Origin: Gracilinanus agilis
Lineage: Eukaryota
Direction of reading: 5' to 3'
Length of the DNA: 64,000 nt
Assembly: GCF_016433145.1 (NCBI RefSeq)
Contig: NC_058135.1
Location: 291,979,442 to 292,043,441 of the forward strand
This document shows positions 1 to 11,903 of the stretch, one piece after another. Numbering within the stretch: position 1 is the stretch's first letter; each line of letters opens with the position of its first letter. The position numbers and the translations under genes were made by a program. The notes under the pieces are model-generated. The model searched no databases. It worked only from the letters and a program-made list of their open reading frames with translations, and was not told the DNA's origin.

Positions 1-47
<47 letters not shown>
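1..47. repeat. (AG)n microsatellite, truncated by the window edge
   Basis: Perfect AG dinucleotide run at the start of the window. Confidence 0.98.
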
Positions 48-50
<3 letters not shown>

Positions 51-1111
51 AGAGAGTGAGTGAGACAGATACAGTAAGAGAGAAGGAGGGAGAGTGAAGG
101 GTGCGGACAACAGAGCCCTGCGACATGGAAGGGGCCGGGCCAGCCCAGCAGGAAGGGTGTCACCCTTGGGAGCTATGAGGGCAAATACACATGGGTAGGA
201 GGCCTAGTGGAGAGTTAAAGATTAACCAGAGGGGAGGAGGGAGCCACCCCCCCCCCCCTTTAAGGCAGAAGCACAAACACCACTTATCAGGTGCCAACAG
301 TTGCTCTGAACTATGTCCAGTCCCTGGTCCTGACACCAGCCTGAGGGGCATGAGCGGGGTGCTGGGCATCTGTCCAGGGTATAGCTTCAGCCTGGGGGGA
401 GGGGAGTGGGAAGAAGGGCTGAGGCCTGCGCAGGCAGTTTCCTCCTCTGTCCAAGAAGAAGCTGGGCTGGGAGTCTTGGGTCCTGCTCCCTTTGGCCTGT
501 TCCAGTTCTGTGCCCCAGGCAGGCAGCTGGTCTTCTCTGCGCCTCAGTTTTCTCCCTGAGCAGTGGGGGTTGGCTGGGTGGTCTCTGAGGATCTTTCAGG
601 CTCCAGATCTAAGATTCCGGGATGGGGCTGAAGGGCCTCCCCCTGTGGCCATCCTGAGGCGGAGGCTTGCACAGCCGCTGCTGGAGACCCCAAGAAAGGG
701 TCAGAACTGGAGGGCAGGCATGAATCTGGCTCGGGGACCCCAGGACAGTCCCTGGGGGCAGGCAGGAGAAGGGGGAAGAGAGATCCAGGCAGCTCATCTT
801 GGGGACTCTAGCCAAGTACCTGATTCAGATCAATGAGGGGCTCTGAGAGCCCAGGGTCAGTCAGGAGACCCCTGGGCAGCAGCAGGGTGGGGCCGAGCCA
901 GCCCAGTGTTGGGGGGGGGGTGATCAGAGCACCTTCCTCACCCAGGAAGTCTTCCCAGAGTACCCCAGTCCATGGGGGTTTCTGTCCTTGACAGTCATGG
1001 GGTTGACTGGTTTTGGCCAGAGAGATGTGCCTAGGGGCCGAGTAACAGTCTTGGAAGACTTCGGTGGCCATCTGGCCCAGAAATAGCACAGCCCAGGGGA
1101 GAGCATGCATA

Positions 1112-1220
1112 GCTTGGAGTCAGGAAGACCCAGGTTCAAATCCTGCCTCAGACACTGGCTACTTGTATAATCTTGGGCAAGTCACCACACTTGTCTGCCT
1201 CAGTTTCCTCCTCTGTAGAA
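1112..1220 (+). mobile_element. MIR/MAR1-type CORE-SINE fragment
   Basis: ggagtcaggaagacccaggttcaaatcctgcctcagacact...gggcaagtcac...cctcagtttcctcctctgtagaa matches the CORE-SINE head and core. Confidence 0.85.
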
Positions 1221-1536
1221 GGGTCGGGCCTTCAGCCCTAGTCTGTGGTCTGTCACTGAGCAGGGCTTCCCGCCAGGACAAGGAGTCATGCAGCCCCACC
1301 AAGGATGGGGGACTCGCCACCTCCCAGGAGAGCCCATTTCGTTTGGGGGCCCTTCTGATTTTTGCCTCTCTACAAGCCTTAATCTACCCGTCTGCACATT
1401 CCCCCGGTGCTCCTGGTGTAGCCCCACCGCATCCAGGCTGCCCCCGGAAGCAGATGACCCAGATGGCTGGGAGCTGCCGATGGAGGCCAACTTCTGCTCT
1501 TCAATTCCTCGTTCTGGAGACTCCTGGAGGCACTTG

Positions 1537-1640
1537 GTCAGATGACTTGCCCTGGGTCACACAGACAGGCTATTTGAGGTAGGATTTGAACCCAGGTCTT
1601 CCTGACTCCAAAGCTGGCTCTCTACCCATTATGCCACACG
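1537..1640 (-). mobile_element. MIR/MAR1-type CORE-SINE fragment
   Basis: gacttgccctgggtcacac...ggatttgaacccaggtcttcctgactcc is the reverse-complement CORE-SINE head. Confidence 0.85.
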
Positions 1641-2537
1641 GCTTCTCCCCTGGCACAAAGTGGGCTGATCAAGCAGCAAGAACTCTCAGTTTCCCAAATG
1701 ACTTCCTCCTGGGCAGCCTGTCTGGGCTCCTGAGGAGTCCCTCTAGGGTGGCCTCCCTGGCATCGACATTTGGCCGGCTGGGCCCCTCGGCTCAGTCCTG
1801 CGGGGGAAGGACACACCTGGCAGCTTGTTGGTGTGGAAACTGGGGAAGGCCGTAGGGCCGATTCTCAGCCCAGCGACCAGAGGCCATCCCGTGAGGTCTC
1901 GGCCGCTCCCTTCAAGGTGGGGGCCCCGAAAGCTGCAGAGCCAAGGCACGGGCTCCGAGAGATGCGATTCCCCCAGAGGCCGGGGCCGGAGCACCCCGAT
2001 GAGCCTGCACTGCCTCGTTCCTCTGGCCCACGAAGGCCCTCCCCAGGAGCGTAGCCCATCCTGCATCCCCCGTTCCCTCCACTCACGTGGCCCCGACATG
2101 GAGTCGTTTCCTATCCTGGCTCCCCTCCTCAGGACACGCCAGTGTCTGTCCTACGTGGCAGAGAACTCAGGACTTCAGGCGAGTTCTGGGCACGAGAAGC
2201 CGAGGCCTCTTCCTTGTCTGTGCCGAGATGGTCCCCGCGGGCAGAGGCTTCTCGGGCTTGTTAGGACTTCCCAGCACTGGCACACACTTGCTGAGCCCCT
2301 ACATGGGCTACCTAGACCCGCCTCAGGGCAGGAATAAGCCAGGGAACCGGAGGCTGGTCAGAGACGTCGTCCTGGGCACAATCCAATCTCCTAGCGGATG
2401 GCCTTCGGCCCCATTCGCCCTGGCCCTGCTCTGTACTCCTTGGGACTGGCCTCCATCACGACTGTGGCCACGCTGGTACCCCCCTCCCCGGCCCCCCCCC
2501 TCCTGGTTCTCTTGTGTGCCGTCTCCCCCATTAGCCT

Positions 2538-2640
2538 GGGAGCTCCTTGAGGGCAGGGACTGTCTCCTGCCTCTTTTCGTAGCCCTGGTCCTTGGCATTG
2601 TGGCGGACACATAGTAGGTGTTTAATGAATGTCTACCGAC
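2538..2640 (+). mobile_element. L2 LINE 3' tail
   Basis: agctccttgagggcagggactgt...cacatagtaggtgtttaatgaatg resembles the conserved L2 3' end. Confidence 0.75.
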
Positions 2641-4271
2641 CACCAACAGCATCCAGCCTTCCCTAAGGAAACCCTGAGCAGAAGAAAAACTAAAGGAGGG
2701 AGGAGAGGACGCCCATTGCCCAATTCAGCCAGTGCTTAGGAGGCATCATCGCCTTTGTGCCGGGGGCCATGCTGGGAGCTGGGGGGCGCAGATGAAGTCT
2801 CGGCTCTTTGGGCAAAGGATAAGGCTCGAGCCCGTGTGGCCACTGGCACAAGGGACTTCCACGGGAGGAAATTCCCTCGTGGGGCGCAAAAAGAAGCGAG
2901 GCAAAGCTCCATAGCGACAGAAAGAGAAAACTCCCCCCAAGAGGGGACTTTCTGAGCCAGATCACCCGCCTGCCTCGGAGGCACCATTACTGGAGATGGC
3001 GTCCGGCTGGGAAGAGTTGGTTTAAGTGTCTGGAAATCTGCTGGAAACTCTCCCCACCAACACGGCAGGGAGAGTCCCTGCTTTCCTGGACTGAATTCCC
3101 ATCGAGGGCGAGGAGCTGTTGGCAGAATACGTAGCCGGGGAGAGGATGCCCGGCCCCAGGCTAAACGGACAGGGAGGTCCCGAGGACGAACGTTCTTCAT
3201 GGTGAGCACGAGGTGGCTGGGGAGGGCGAGAGGGAAGCCTTCGGGACCCAAATCCAGAAAACAAAAAGACACACTTTGAATAAAGAAGCCAGCGGAGCCT
3301 CGTGCGAGGGGAAGATGGGGATGCCCAGGCAACGCACCCATCAACCTGGTTTTCGGTTCTTTAAGCACAGAGAGAAAGCGGAAGCAAGGGCTGAGCCCGA
3401 AGAGCAGAAGGAGCCGAGGATGGGAGGACGGCTGCGGGAAACAAACGACTTTGTTCTGTCTTTGAGTGGACTGAAGGAGGAGGATTACAGAAGGACGGCT
3501 GAAACGTATTCTAGGGCGTGGAAAGATCGGACAGACGGGCTGCCGTGGCCTTGCCAAAGCTCGTGGAGAACTCGATGGGCCGATTCTCAGAAGGGCCGAG
3601 GAGCCGAATGTTTTGCCATGGGGAGGGGCTACACTTGGGAAAACATGAATCACATTCCCGAAATGTGAATGATCCCAAAGAGCTCCCCACACACAGAGGA
3701 TTCGGCTTTTCTGGGAACTCCACCCCCGGCCCCAGAGCCCCCCAGCAAGGCTAGAAATGCCGCAGATAATGGTACGATGAGTTAGACTCGGAAACTGAGG
3801 GGATGTCCGGACCCGAAGGGTGGCGCGTCAGGGAACGTTTCTTTAGTGCCTACCATGTGCGAGGTGGTCATGAATGGGTTAATGTGCTGTTAGAAAGGGC
3901 TTCCACAAATCGGTAATCCGGCAGATACGGGGAGTCGGGCTTCCAAAAGCTCTCATGCGAGGAGAACACCAACCCGCCTCTCACCACGCTGAAAGGTTAG
4001 GGATCGACACGTCAAGGCTTACATTCGGATCCCAAGAACAAGATGGAGGAGGAGGTGTGCCGAGTCTTGAGGGTGAGGGGGAAGAGAGCGGCACCTTGCT
4101 CAGGCTGGGATGCAGTGGGGGAGGACTGCAGAGAGGCAGGCTTGGGTGTGATTTAAGGAAAAACTCACCAATCATTTTTGTTCAGTTGTTTCTGTTGCGT
4201 CTGATTCTTCACCACCTCTTTTGGGGTTTTCTTGGCAAAGATCCTAGAGTGGTTGGCCATTTCCTTTTCCG

Positions 4272-4420
4272 GCTCATTTCACAGACAAGGAAACTGAGGC
4301 AGGATGAAGTGTCTTGCCCAGGGTCACACAGCTAGTGTCTGAGGTTGGATCTGAACTCATGAAGATGAGTCTTCTTGATTCCAAGTCTGCCGCTCTAGCC
4401 ACTGCACCACCTCGCTGCCC
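4272..4420 (-). mobile_element. MAR1-type SINE
   Basis: acagacaaggaaactgaggca...cttgcccagggtcacacagctag...gaactcatgaagatgagtcttcttgattcc...ccactgcaccacctcgctgccc. Confidence 0.85.
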
Positions 4421-5479
4421 CAAGGAGCCCTGGGATGCCTCAGGAGGTAGTGGTTCCCCCTTATCAGAGGTCTCTGGGCAAAGGCTGGATGGCTGCTCAT
4501 CCTCAATCCTGTCCCTGACCCTTGGTCACTCCATGAAGGGGAATGGGGTGGTCCTTTGCTAGTAGCTGGAGCTGGAGGCAGGTTACTCCTAACTGGGGGC
4601 TTCTGGCATCAGTCCTCCCAAGGCCAAGCCCTGTGCTTGAGGCCAGGTTCCCTCTAAAACGCACCCAAGCGAAGCTCAAGGGAGCTTTCATTCAGTCAAT
4701 TAACAAACACTTAGGTGCCAGGCATCAGGGTAGGGCCACAAAGTCTGTCCTTTGCCAACAGCCCCATTAGAGTCCAGAAGAAATGTGGCTGATTGGAGGA
4801 GCTTCAGGATTCCAGAAATCCTCCCCACTTTCCTCTGGCCCCGGGGACAGGTCATGGGGGGCCTGGACGGGGCTTCTCCGAGTTTGGCAAGCCACAAACA
4901 CGTGGATCAGCTGGAGCTTCTGTGGCCTGCTGGCGCTGCCCAAGGCTCCCATCTCTCTGACTTGCCCACCCCGTCCAGCTGGGAAGTTATCTGACCCTGG
5001 GCGCCCGGGGAGGAGGAGGATTCCTCCAGGCTCCTCTGACTCTCCCTGTGGCCTCACAATCCTCTGCCCCCCAGCCACAGCTAGGATCTGTGATCACATC
5101 CAAGTGGGTACCAAGGTTCTCCAGGGACGCTAGATCAGCTTTCATTCCAAGACCAAGCGGGAAGTCGTCAAACTAAAGCCAGTCAGCGTGGGGGCTGGGG
5201 GAGGGAGGGAAAAGTGGGGGGGGGTAGAAAGTTGAGCCAGGGACAAGCCCTCTGCCCCACCCTCACTCCCAAGTTCCTCGAAGATCCTGGCTGAACAGAG
5301 CTGGGTCTACTGGACTGCTCTGCTGGGAGAACAGCCTTCTGAGAGACCAGGCCTGCAGGTGAGAAGGGCTGCTTCCCTGAGCCTCAGAGGTGGCACAAAC
5401 CCAAGGCCAATGAAGTTCCTGCACCTCGAGATGGCCAGTGTCAGAAAACGGTAAGAGGTGCCTCAATGGAGCAGATACA

Positions 5480-5610
5480 ATTGGCTTTGGAGCCAGAGGA
5501 CGAGTTCAAATCCCGGATCTACTTACTAGCTACACTGGCTTGGAAGAGTCCCTTCCCCTCTCTGGGTCTGTTTCCTTATCTGTAAAATGGGCTAGATGAT
5601 CTGAAGCCCA
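5480..5610 (+). mobile_element. MIR-type SINE fragment
   Basis: ggctttggagccagaggac...gagttcaaatccc...gtttccttatctgtaaaatggg...tagatgatct. Confidence 0.7.
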
Positions 5611-7286
5611 CATCCTATGAGAAAACAGAATTTGATATCAAAATCCGATTGGCCCTCAGCTTTTCAAGAACATTCTTTGTGATGTAACGAGGCCGAGGGG
5701 GTAGGGACGGAGTGCCAACCAGAGCAGATCCTGCCTGACCTGAGAGGCCTTCCCCAGCTCTACCCCCATCTGCCCTGCTGGTGTCTGCCACAGGGATGGC
5801 ATGAGGAATTGGGAAAGAGGCAGCTCCAGGACCCGTGGATGGTGAAAGGAAGCAGCATACTGGGAGATTGCCTGGCATAGTCTTTAGGGAATGGGATGAG
5901 GCTAGACATAGATGCCCTGTACACGGGAATGGATTCTCAAAGGAAGGGCCCAAAGGCAGAACCAGCATCGTGGGAGTGGATCCAGCTAATTCTCTCACTG
6001 AAAATAGAAGGCCTCTAGCAGTGGCCCCCGATATGCTCTTTAGCCAAGGGACCCCAGAGGTGTCCCTTTATTTTATTTGGCACCACTGAGTTTGGCGAGC
6101 TGGGCTCTGGAGTTGCACAACCACTTGGGGGGGGGGGGAAGTTAGCCAAAAGCCCCATTTTGTACCGATGTTCAGAGAGGTGACGACTTACCCCTGGGTG
6201 GCACAACTCGGGTCAAAGGCAGGCCTTGAAACCTGACTGAGGGAGGAGGCAGAAACCATGAGGTCAGGAAGCATTCTGGCTGGAAAATCCCCATCATTTC
6301 CAGCTCCTGCCACAAGCCATATGGGTCCATCTTCCAGGTGCCCCTGTCCTGATTCCTCACATCATCCCTGCTGTAGGCACTTGGGGTGGGGGTGGGGGAG
6401 CAGGGTTCCTTGGCAAGGACCCAGACCAGGGTTAAAAGCCTCCAGCCTTGGACCACCTTGGAGATGGCAGTCAACCATTCCTGGCACTAGGTGGGAGAAG
6501 GGCCCACGTTCCCTGGGTTAATCGAAGACTATACATATTGGTTAAAGGGACGCTGCCAAGGAGGGGACGGGGAGGCGGGCGGGCATGCTGGCGATTGTCA
6601 ACATCAAACCGGGCTATGGCCTCGGCACTGTTCAGAGAACAGGTGGCACCTGGTTGAAGACAAAACAAAACAACATTATCACTACTTTAGAGCAGAGAGG
6701 GAGGGAGGGGGCAGGGCTGGCATCTACTCAAACTCCTCTGCTACCTTTCCTGACACGGCATCACCAGACGAGAGCACCTTGATTTTAAAATTAGCGTCTA
6801 GGGAAGGGGAAAGGCCTCGTCTGAGGTCTGCACGGGGCAGAGCCGAGACCCCCGACTCGGAAGCCCAAGGGCTTGCCAGTGAACAAGAACAGAAGCCAAG
6901 GGCTGAGCATGCCATTGTCCAGGCAGGAAAGTGACAGCCGTCGTGGTGTCACCAGGGTGGCGATGCCACCCATGCCGAGGACTCTTTAAGAGACGCCTCA
7001 GCATCCACCTCATCCTACCCCCTCCTACTCCAGGCCTCCTTCGCCCAGACAGCTCCCACCCCGCACCAGCAAATCCTTAAGTTAGCCTAGAGAGGGGTGG
7101 GGGTGGACCAGATCATCGAGTCCAGGCCCTCTCATCGTGCAGAGGATGGCACGGTGACTCGGTCAAGGCCACAAAGATTAAATAGGTGGCCTGGCTGGCA
7201 TGTGAATCGGAATCCTCTCAGTCAGTGTTTTCATCTTTTTTCTACCATATACACTGTACACTGGCAAGAATGTTTTCATTTTTGAA

Positions 7287-7292
7287 TTTATT
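7287..7292 (-). terminator. KMT5B: Distal polyadenylation signal AATAAA (candidate)
   Basis: tttatt on the + strand near the end of the last AT-rich UTR block, shortly before the sequence reverts to GC-rich. Confidence 0.65.
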
Positions 7293-8948
7293 AAAATGAT
7301 TAACCTCAATACTGCAAGTGCATGTACAAAATATTTGTAAAAAAATGTTCTGTTTCTTTTTAATGAATCGTAAAGAACTTACCTCAAATGCTGAAAAAGT
7401 CCTTTTTGCATTCTTTCAGTACAAGGAATACAGAGTATCTCAAAAGTATTACAACTCAAACAATTTAAACAGTCATTTGAAAAATGATTTAAAAGTGAAT
7501 ACTTTACATAGATTTCTATGATTATCTCCTAAGCTCTCACAATGTCAGCGAATTTTTACCCATCATTGCATAAGCTCAAGCCAAGAGTTCTGCCCTCACA
7601 CGTTCTGCCCCAAACCGGCCCACGGCCCGCGGCTCTCGCTATCCCCCACGTTGCCGGGTCCACAACAACTCTGGAGCCCCCCGAGCTAACGAGGCGATTT
7701 TACTCTCGAGATGGCACGGCCAGTGGCTTCAGAATGCCTGTGTGTGACAACCTCGGAGGGGCAGCAAGCTATGACAGTGATTCTCCCATCCGGGCATCAA
7801 TGGCATGAGACCCAGAGGACAAGCCTCCAAAGAGACTGACCCAAAATAAATAAGGAAAAAATAAATCTCAACTTAAAAATTAAGAATGAGAAATGTAATT
7901 AAAGATCTTTTATTACTTTACAATGAAAGCTAGAACCCATGGAAGGGTGGCCCCAAGAATGCAAAGAACCAGCCCAGGATAGTCCTCTCCCCTTCCCGAC
8001 TCGGGTCCCCCAGAGCCCCAGGCCCCAACGTGAAGAACTACTGATTTAAAGGACGGGACATGATTCCGAGCCCTGGAGTCTAGACTTGCCTCTGGGAATA
8101 TTACTTTGCCTCCCTGGATACCCTCTCTCTTAAATAGGGAGGCTGCTCTAAGGACTAAAGGACTGAAGTCCAGAGGGGCCGAAACCCCTCGTAGCATGGC
8201 TATCACGTGGCAGCCCAAGAAATCTACACCCACCAAGTGGGGACAAGGCCGACGGCTTTTCAATGAATACGGGAAGGGCTAAACCGGGCAGTGAACAGAG
8301 AAGACAAGATTAGGGAACTAACTCCTGGGAGAACGAAGAGGATAAAGAAACCAAAATGGCGGGGGGCAAGGTTGGTTCCTCCCTGGCATTTCCATTTAAG
8401 GATGGAGCTGGAGCACGTCTGTCCAGGCAGACGGCTAGCTATTGGCTCTCCTTCTGGCCCGGGCCTATCCCTTCCTAGTTCTGTCACGCCCAGGTTCTAG
8501 TCTCTAGACACGGCCAGAAGGCAGCCACGAGAGCCATCGCTCTGACGAACACCAGCCGCCACGACGGCCCTTTGTGGGTTTTCAAACTCTGAGTTCAATG
8601 ATTTATAAAATAATCCATAAAAATTACACAAGAGAGTCTGGCATCAACGCCAAAGTTGTGATCAAAGTTGCTTTGTTCATTAAATTACTTGGAATTCATC
8701 TTCCCTCTCCTCAAAGTGCTTTACACAGTTCTCCTCTTGGCTGTGAGCAACAGGAGCTGGGAGTGCCCGCTGGCGCGGGCCTCCGAGGGGGCGGGGGGAG
8801 CCTTGTTGGCCTAAGTCATTGGCATGAATGTATAGAAACCTTCCTGGTAAGTTCTTTTAATGTCTTATGACAAAAATTTCTCACAACACACAAATATTTA
8901 CAACATGTACAGTGTTTTCAGTCCTTTACATTGAATCTCCAAGACAAA

Positions 8949-9079
8949 NNNNNNNNNNNNNNNNNNNNNNNNNNNNNNNNNNNNNNNNNNNNNNNNNNNN
9001 NNNNNNNNNNNNNNNNNNNNNNNNNNNNNNNNNNNNNNNNNNNNNNNNNNNNNNNNNNNNNNNNNNNNNNNNNNNNNNN
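8949..9079. other. Assembly gap (131 N) in the 3' UTR
   Basis: Run of N. Confidence 1.
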
Positions 9080-9947
9080 ACCGAATGAGGAGCTGTGGGT
9101 CATGGGGTCAATGTTGCCTGGTGTCACCACATTGTTTCACAGCAAATTTTTGAAAAAATAAGCACCAATCATTCTTGCAAAGAACAATTTTATCTAAAAG
9201 TATTGAAAAGTGTTAAATACAAGGTGTTTAATTTACATAACAAGCAATAAATACACCATATCCAAACTTCCGTTCTGCAGACTGCTACCCTCGTACATAT
9301 AATGTACTAACAAGTTAGCAAACTCTCAACACCTTTGTAATTGGACTTTTTTTTTTTTTTAAAGAAATCAATTTGACTTCCAACCAACAGTTTGCTACTA
9401 TGACAAAGGCCACAAAGAGTACATCCGGGACAGCGTACAGTGTAAAACGGACAAAACTCCAAGGGGGAACATCTAGCAAGTAAATCAAAAAGCCGTAGGT
9501 CATTGCTGGTGATAGTCACATGTACTAGAAAACGTTAATATGCTACTACGGTGATTTTTTTAAATTACGGTTTAGTCGATATTAAAGAGCCCGCGAATGC
9601 TCTCAAGTTTTGTTAAAAATCATTGTGTAGCCACATCATTGTTTTCACTGTCCTGCATGGAAAGTTGCTCTATCTCTCTGTACAATTTTGCTCGAGCCTT
9701 TATTTTACAACAGGGCATCCCCTCGACCTTAGAATTGCACATCAGAAGGCTATTTAAAAAGTACAATAAAAATGGCGCCCGTCGGGCGAAGGAAGAGTCC
9801 GTTTGCTGTACACTCTCTACAATATTAGGCTGATCAAGGAATACAGGAAGTGCTGCCCTCGGGTCTTTCAGGTGAGGAATCATTGAGACTGGAATTACTC
9901 GTGTTTCTCTGGCGCGGATCCCGGGGACCGTCGAGCCCGTCCGCGGC

Positions 9948-11506
9948 TTAGGCGTTGAGCCTCAGAGACTGGTCTTCTCTCCTCCTCGAGGAAATGTCGA
10001 TGTCAATGGAGTCTTTGCCCACGATGAGCCGGAGCCGCTTGGCTGGAGGAAGAGGGATGAAGTCGTCCTCGAACTCGTCTTCGTAGTCCTCGTCCTCGTC
10101 TTCGTCGTCGTCCTCGTCGTTGTCGTCTTCCTCCGAAGAGGACGACTCCTCGGCGCTCTCCTCCTCGTACTGGCTGTAGTCGTCCATGTCCATCCTCGAC
10201 TCGAGGAGGGACAGAGTCTCCTGGCAGCAGAGCCCGTTGTCGCCGCGGAGCTCCTCTGCGTAGGGGCCCCGGCTCTCCTCCTCGCGTTTGAGCTGAATCT
10301 TTAATTTGGTGGCGCTGCCGCCGCCTGACCCTGAGTTAAACCCGTTGTTGAGCTTGGCCACGTACAGGCTGTTGTCTTTGTCGTGGTCTTTGCTTAGCTT
10401 GATGCTGATTTTGGAAGCGTTCATGCCGTCGCCATCTTGGTCGTGGGCCTTACTGCTGCTATCGTGGCGCCTCCGCAGAGTCAATTTGGGGATCCCAGAG
10501 CTGTTCTCTAGGATCAGCTGGGCATCGTACCTCGTGATGCGACGTTTTTTTTTGCTTTTTGCAGTTCTAAAGTTGTCTTTTGTTTTGAAATGCTCGGGGG
10601 TCCCCACAGAACAACCCCCCGTGGCGGCAGGTACGCAGTCCTGGCGGCTAGCCGGCCCGTCCACTCTGTCCCTGGGCTCTCCATGGTCAGAGTGAGAGCT
10701 GATGAGGTCGGGCACCACTTCATCGCCCTCAGGAGCATCCAGGACAGGGAGGGGCTCCTCTGATTTTGCAAACTGTTTCAAAAGTTTTCCTTGTCGCGAT
10801 TTCTTTTTGGCCACGCTTATGTCATCCTTTGGGGCCCTCCCCTCCCCTTTTGGGGATGTGGCTTCATGAGCCTTTTCCTGGTCACGCACTGCATGGCCAA
10901 TGGGCGGCTCCACACTGTCCGTGTCTGTGCCAGGGCCTGGGCCTGGGCCCATCCAGGTGCTCGGAGAGTTGCCTGACAGGTTTGGTTCGAGGGCCGACTC
11001 AGAGGTCTCCTTCCAATTCGTTCTCGTCCTCACTGACCTCCGAGTGATGTAGGTGCAGGGAGACGCCCCGTCCTGCTCGGTGGCCCCGTTCACGGGCCCC
11101 TGCCGGTGTTCTCGGGCGGCATGGCGAGTCAGGCACCCGCTGGCCGCTGTGGCACTCGCTGGTCCCTCGGCTGTCTTGTCCTTCTTGATGGGCAGGTTTT
11201 TGTAGAGAACCACTTTGGGCTCTTTGAGGACCAGGTTGCCCACCTGGAGCTTCCTCGAGGTGCCCTTCTGCTCCGGCCTTTTGCACTGGTTTCTTAGCTT
11301 TATCTTGGAAAGTAAAGGCTTGATGGCAGGCCTTTTCAGTTTCTTTGGTACCCTGGGATTGTGGATAGGAGTGAGTTTGGATGAGGTAGAGTCAGAGGAC
11401 GCTGGTATCCGGGACACCGACGACGACGATGACGACGACGACGGCCGTGCCAACGATCGGTTCTTGCTACTCTTCTTTACGCCAACAGATGATTTCCTGT
11501 TGGAAG
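9948..11506 (-). CDS. KMT5B: KMT5B last coding exon (exon 11): C-terminal low-complexity region ending ...[37 protein letters not shown]
   Basis: ORF 9948-11642; [45 protein letters not shown] and the C-terminus match SUV420H1. Acceptor ttgacag|CT at 11507-11508; 1559 nt = 2 + 519 codons, in phase with exon 10. Confidence 0.98.
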
Positions 11507-11700
11507 CTGTCAAGAAAAACAACAGAGAATTAGGGAAAGCCCAGGCCGCACAATGATTCTGACAAGGAGACAAAGGCCAAGGGAGAGGGGGAAGGGTCCT
11601 CTCTGGGCAGCCTCTGGATGGCAGGAGTTGTGTGACACGCATTTTCTTTTTACAGATTCACTTATAAATATTTTCGCTTATGGAGTACCTATTACTTTTT

Positions 11701-11903
11701 TTTTCCTTCTCTCTCTCTTTTTTTTAAACCCTTAACTTCTATGTATTGACTTATAGGTGGAAGAGTGGCAAGGGTAGGCAATGGGGGTCAAGTGACTTGC
11801 CCAGGGTCACACAGCTGGGAAGTGTCTGAGGCCACATTTGAACCCAGGACCTCCTGTCTCTAGGCCTGGCTCTCCATCCACTGAGCTACCCAGCTGCCCC
11901 CTC
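11701..11903 (-). mobile_element. SINE1_Mdo-type SINE, full length
   Basis: Head ggggcagctgggtagctcagtgg on the minus strand, A-rich tail, 14 bp TSD acctattacttttt at 11687-11700 and 11904-11917. Confidence 0.95.

Larger units (their letters stand above)
7270..9947 (-). other. KMT5B: KMT5B 3' UTR (about 2.7 kb, contains one N gap)
   Basis: Follows the TAA stop at 9948-9950; AT-rich repeat-free blocks; sense-strand AATAAA at 7287-7292. The exact cleavage site is inferred. Confidence 0.7.

Noticed and set aside
2736-3692. 318 aa minus-strand ORF
   Set aside because: No recognisable domain, Pro/Arg/Ser/Leu-rich composition typical of chance ORFs in GC-rich DNA, and a non-ATG start.
1-7200. CHKA first exon or another neighbouring gene (CHKA follows KMT5B in human)
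   Set aside because: No choline-kinase-like peptide or convincing spliced coding exon found; any neighbour lies outside the window or is not recognisable.
10306-11556. Several ORFs overlapping the last KMT5B exon
   Set aside because: Shadow frames of a GC-rich coding exon.
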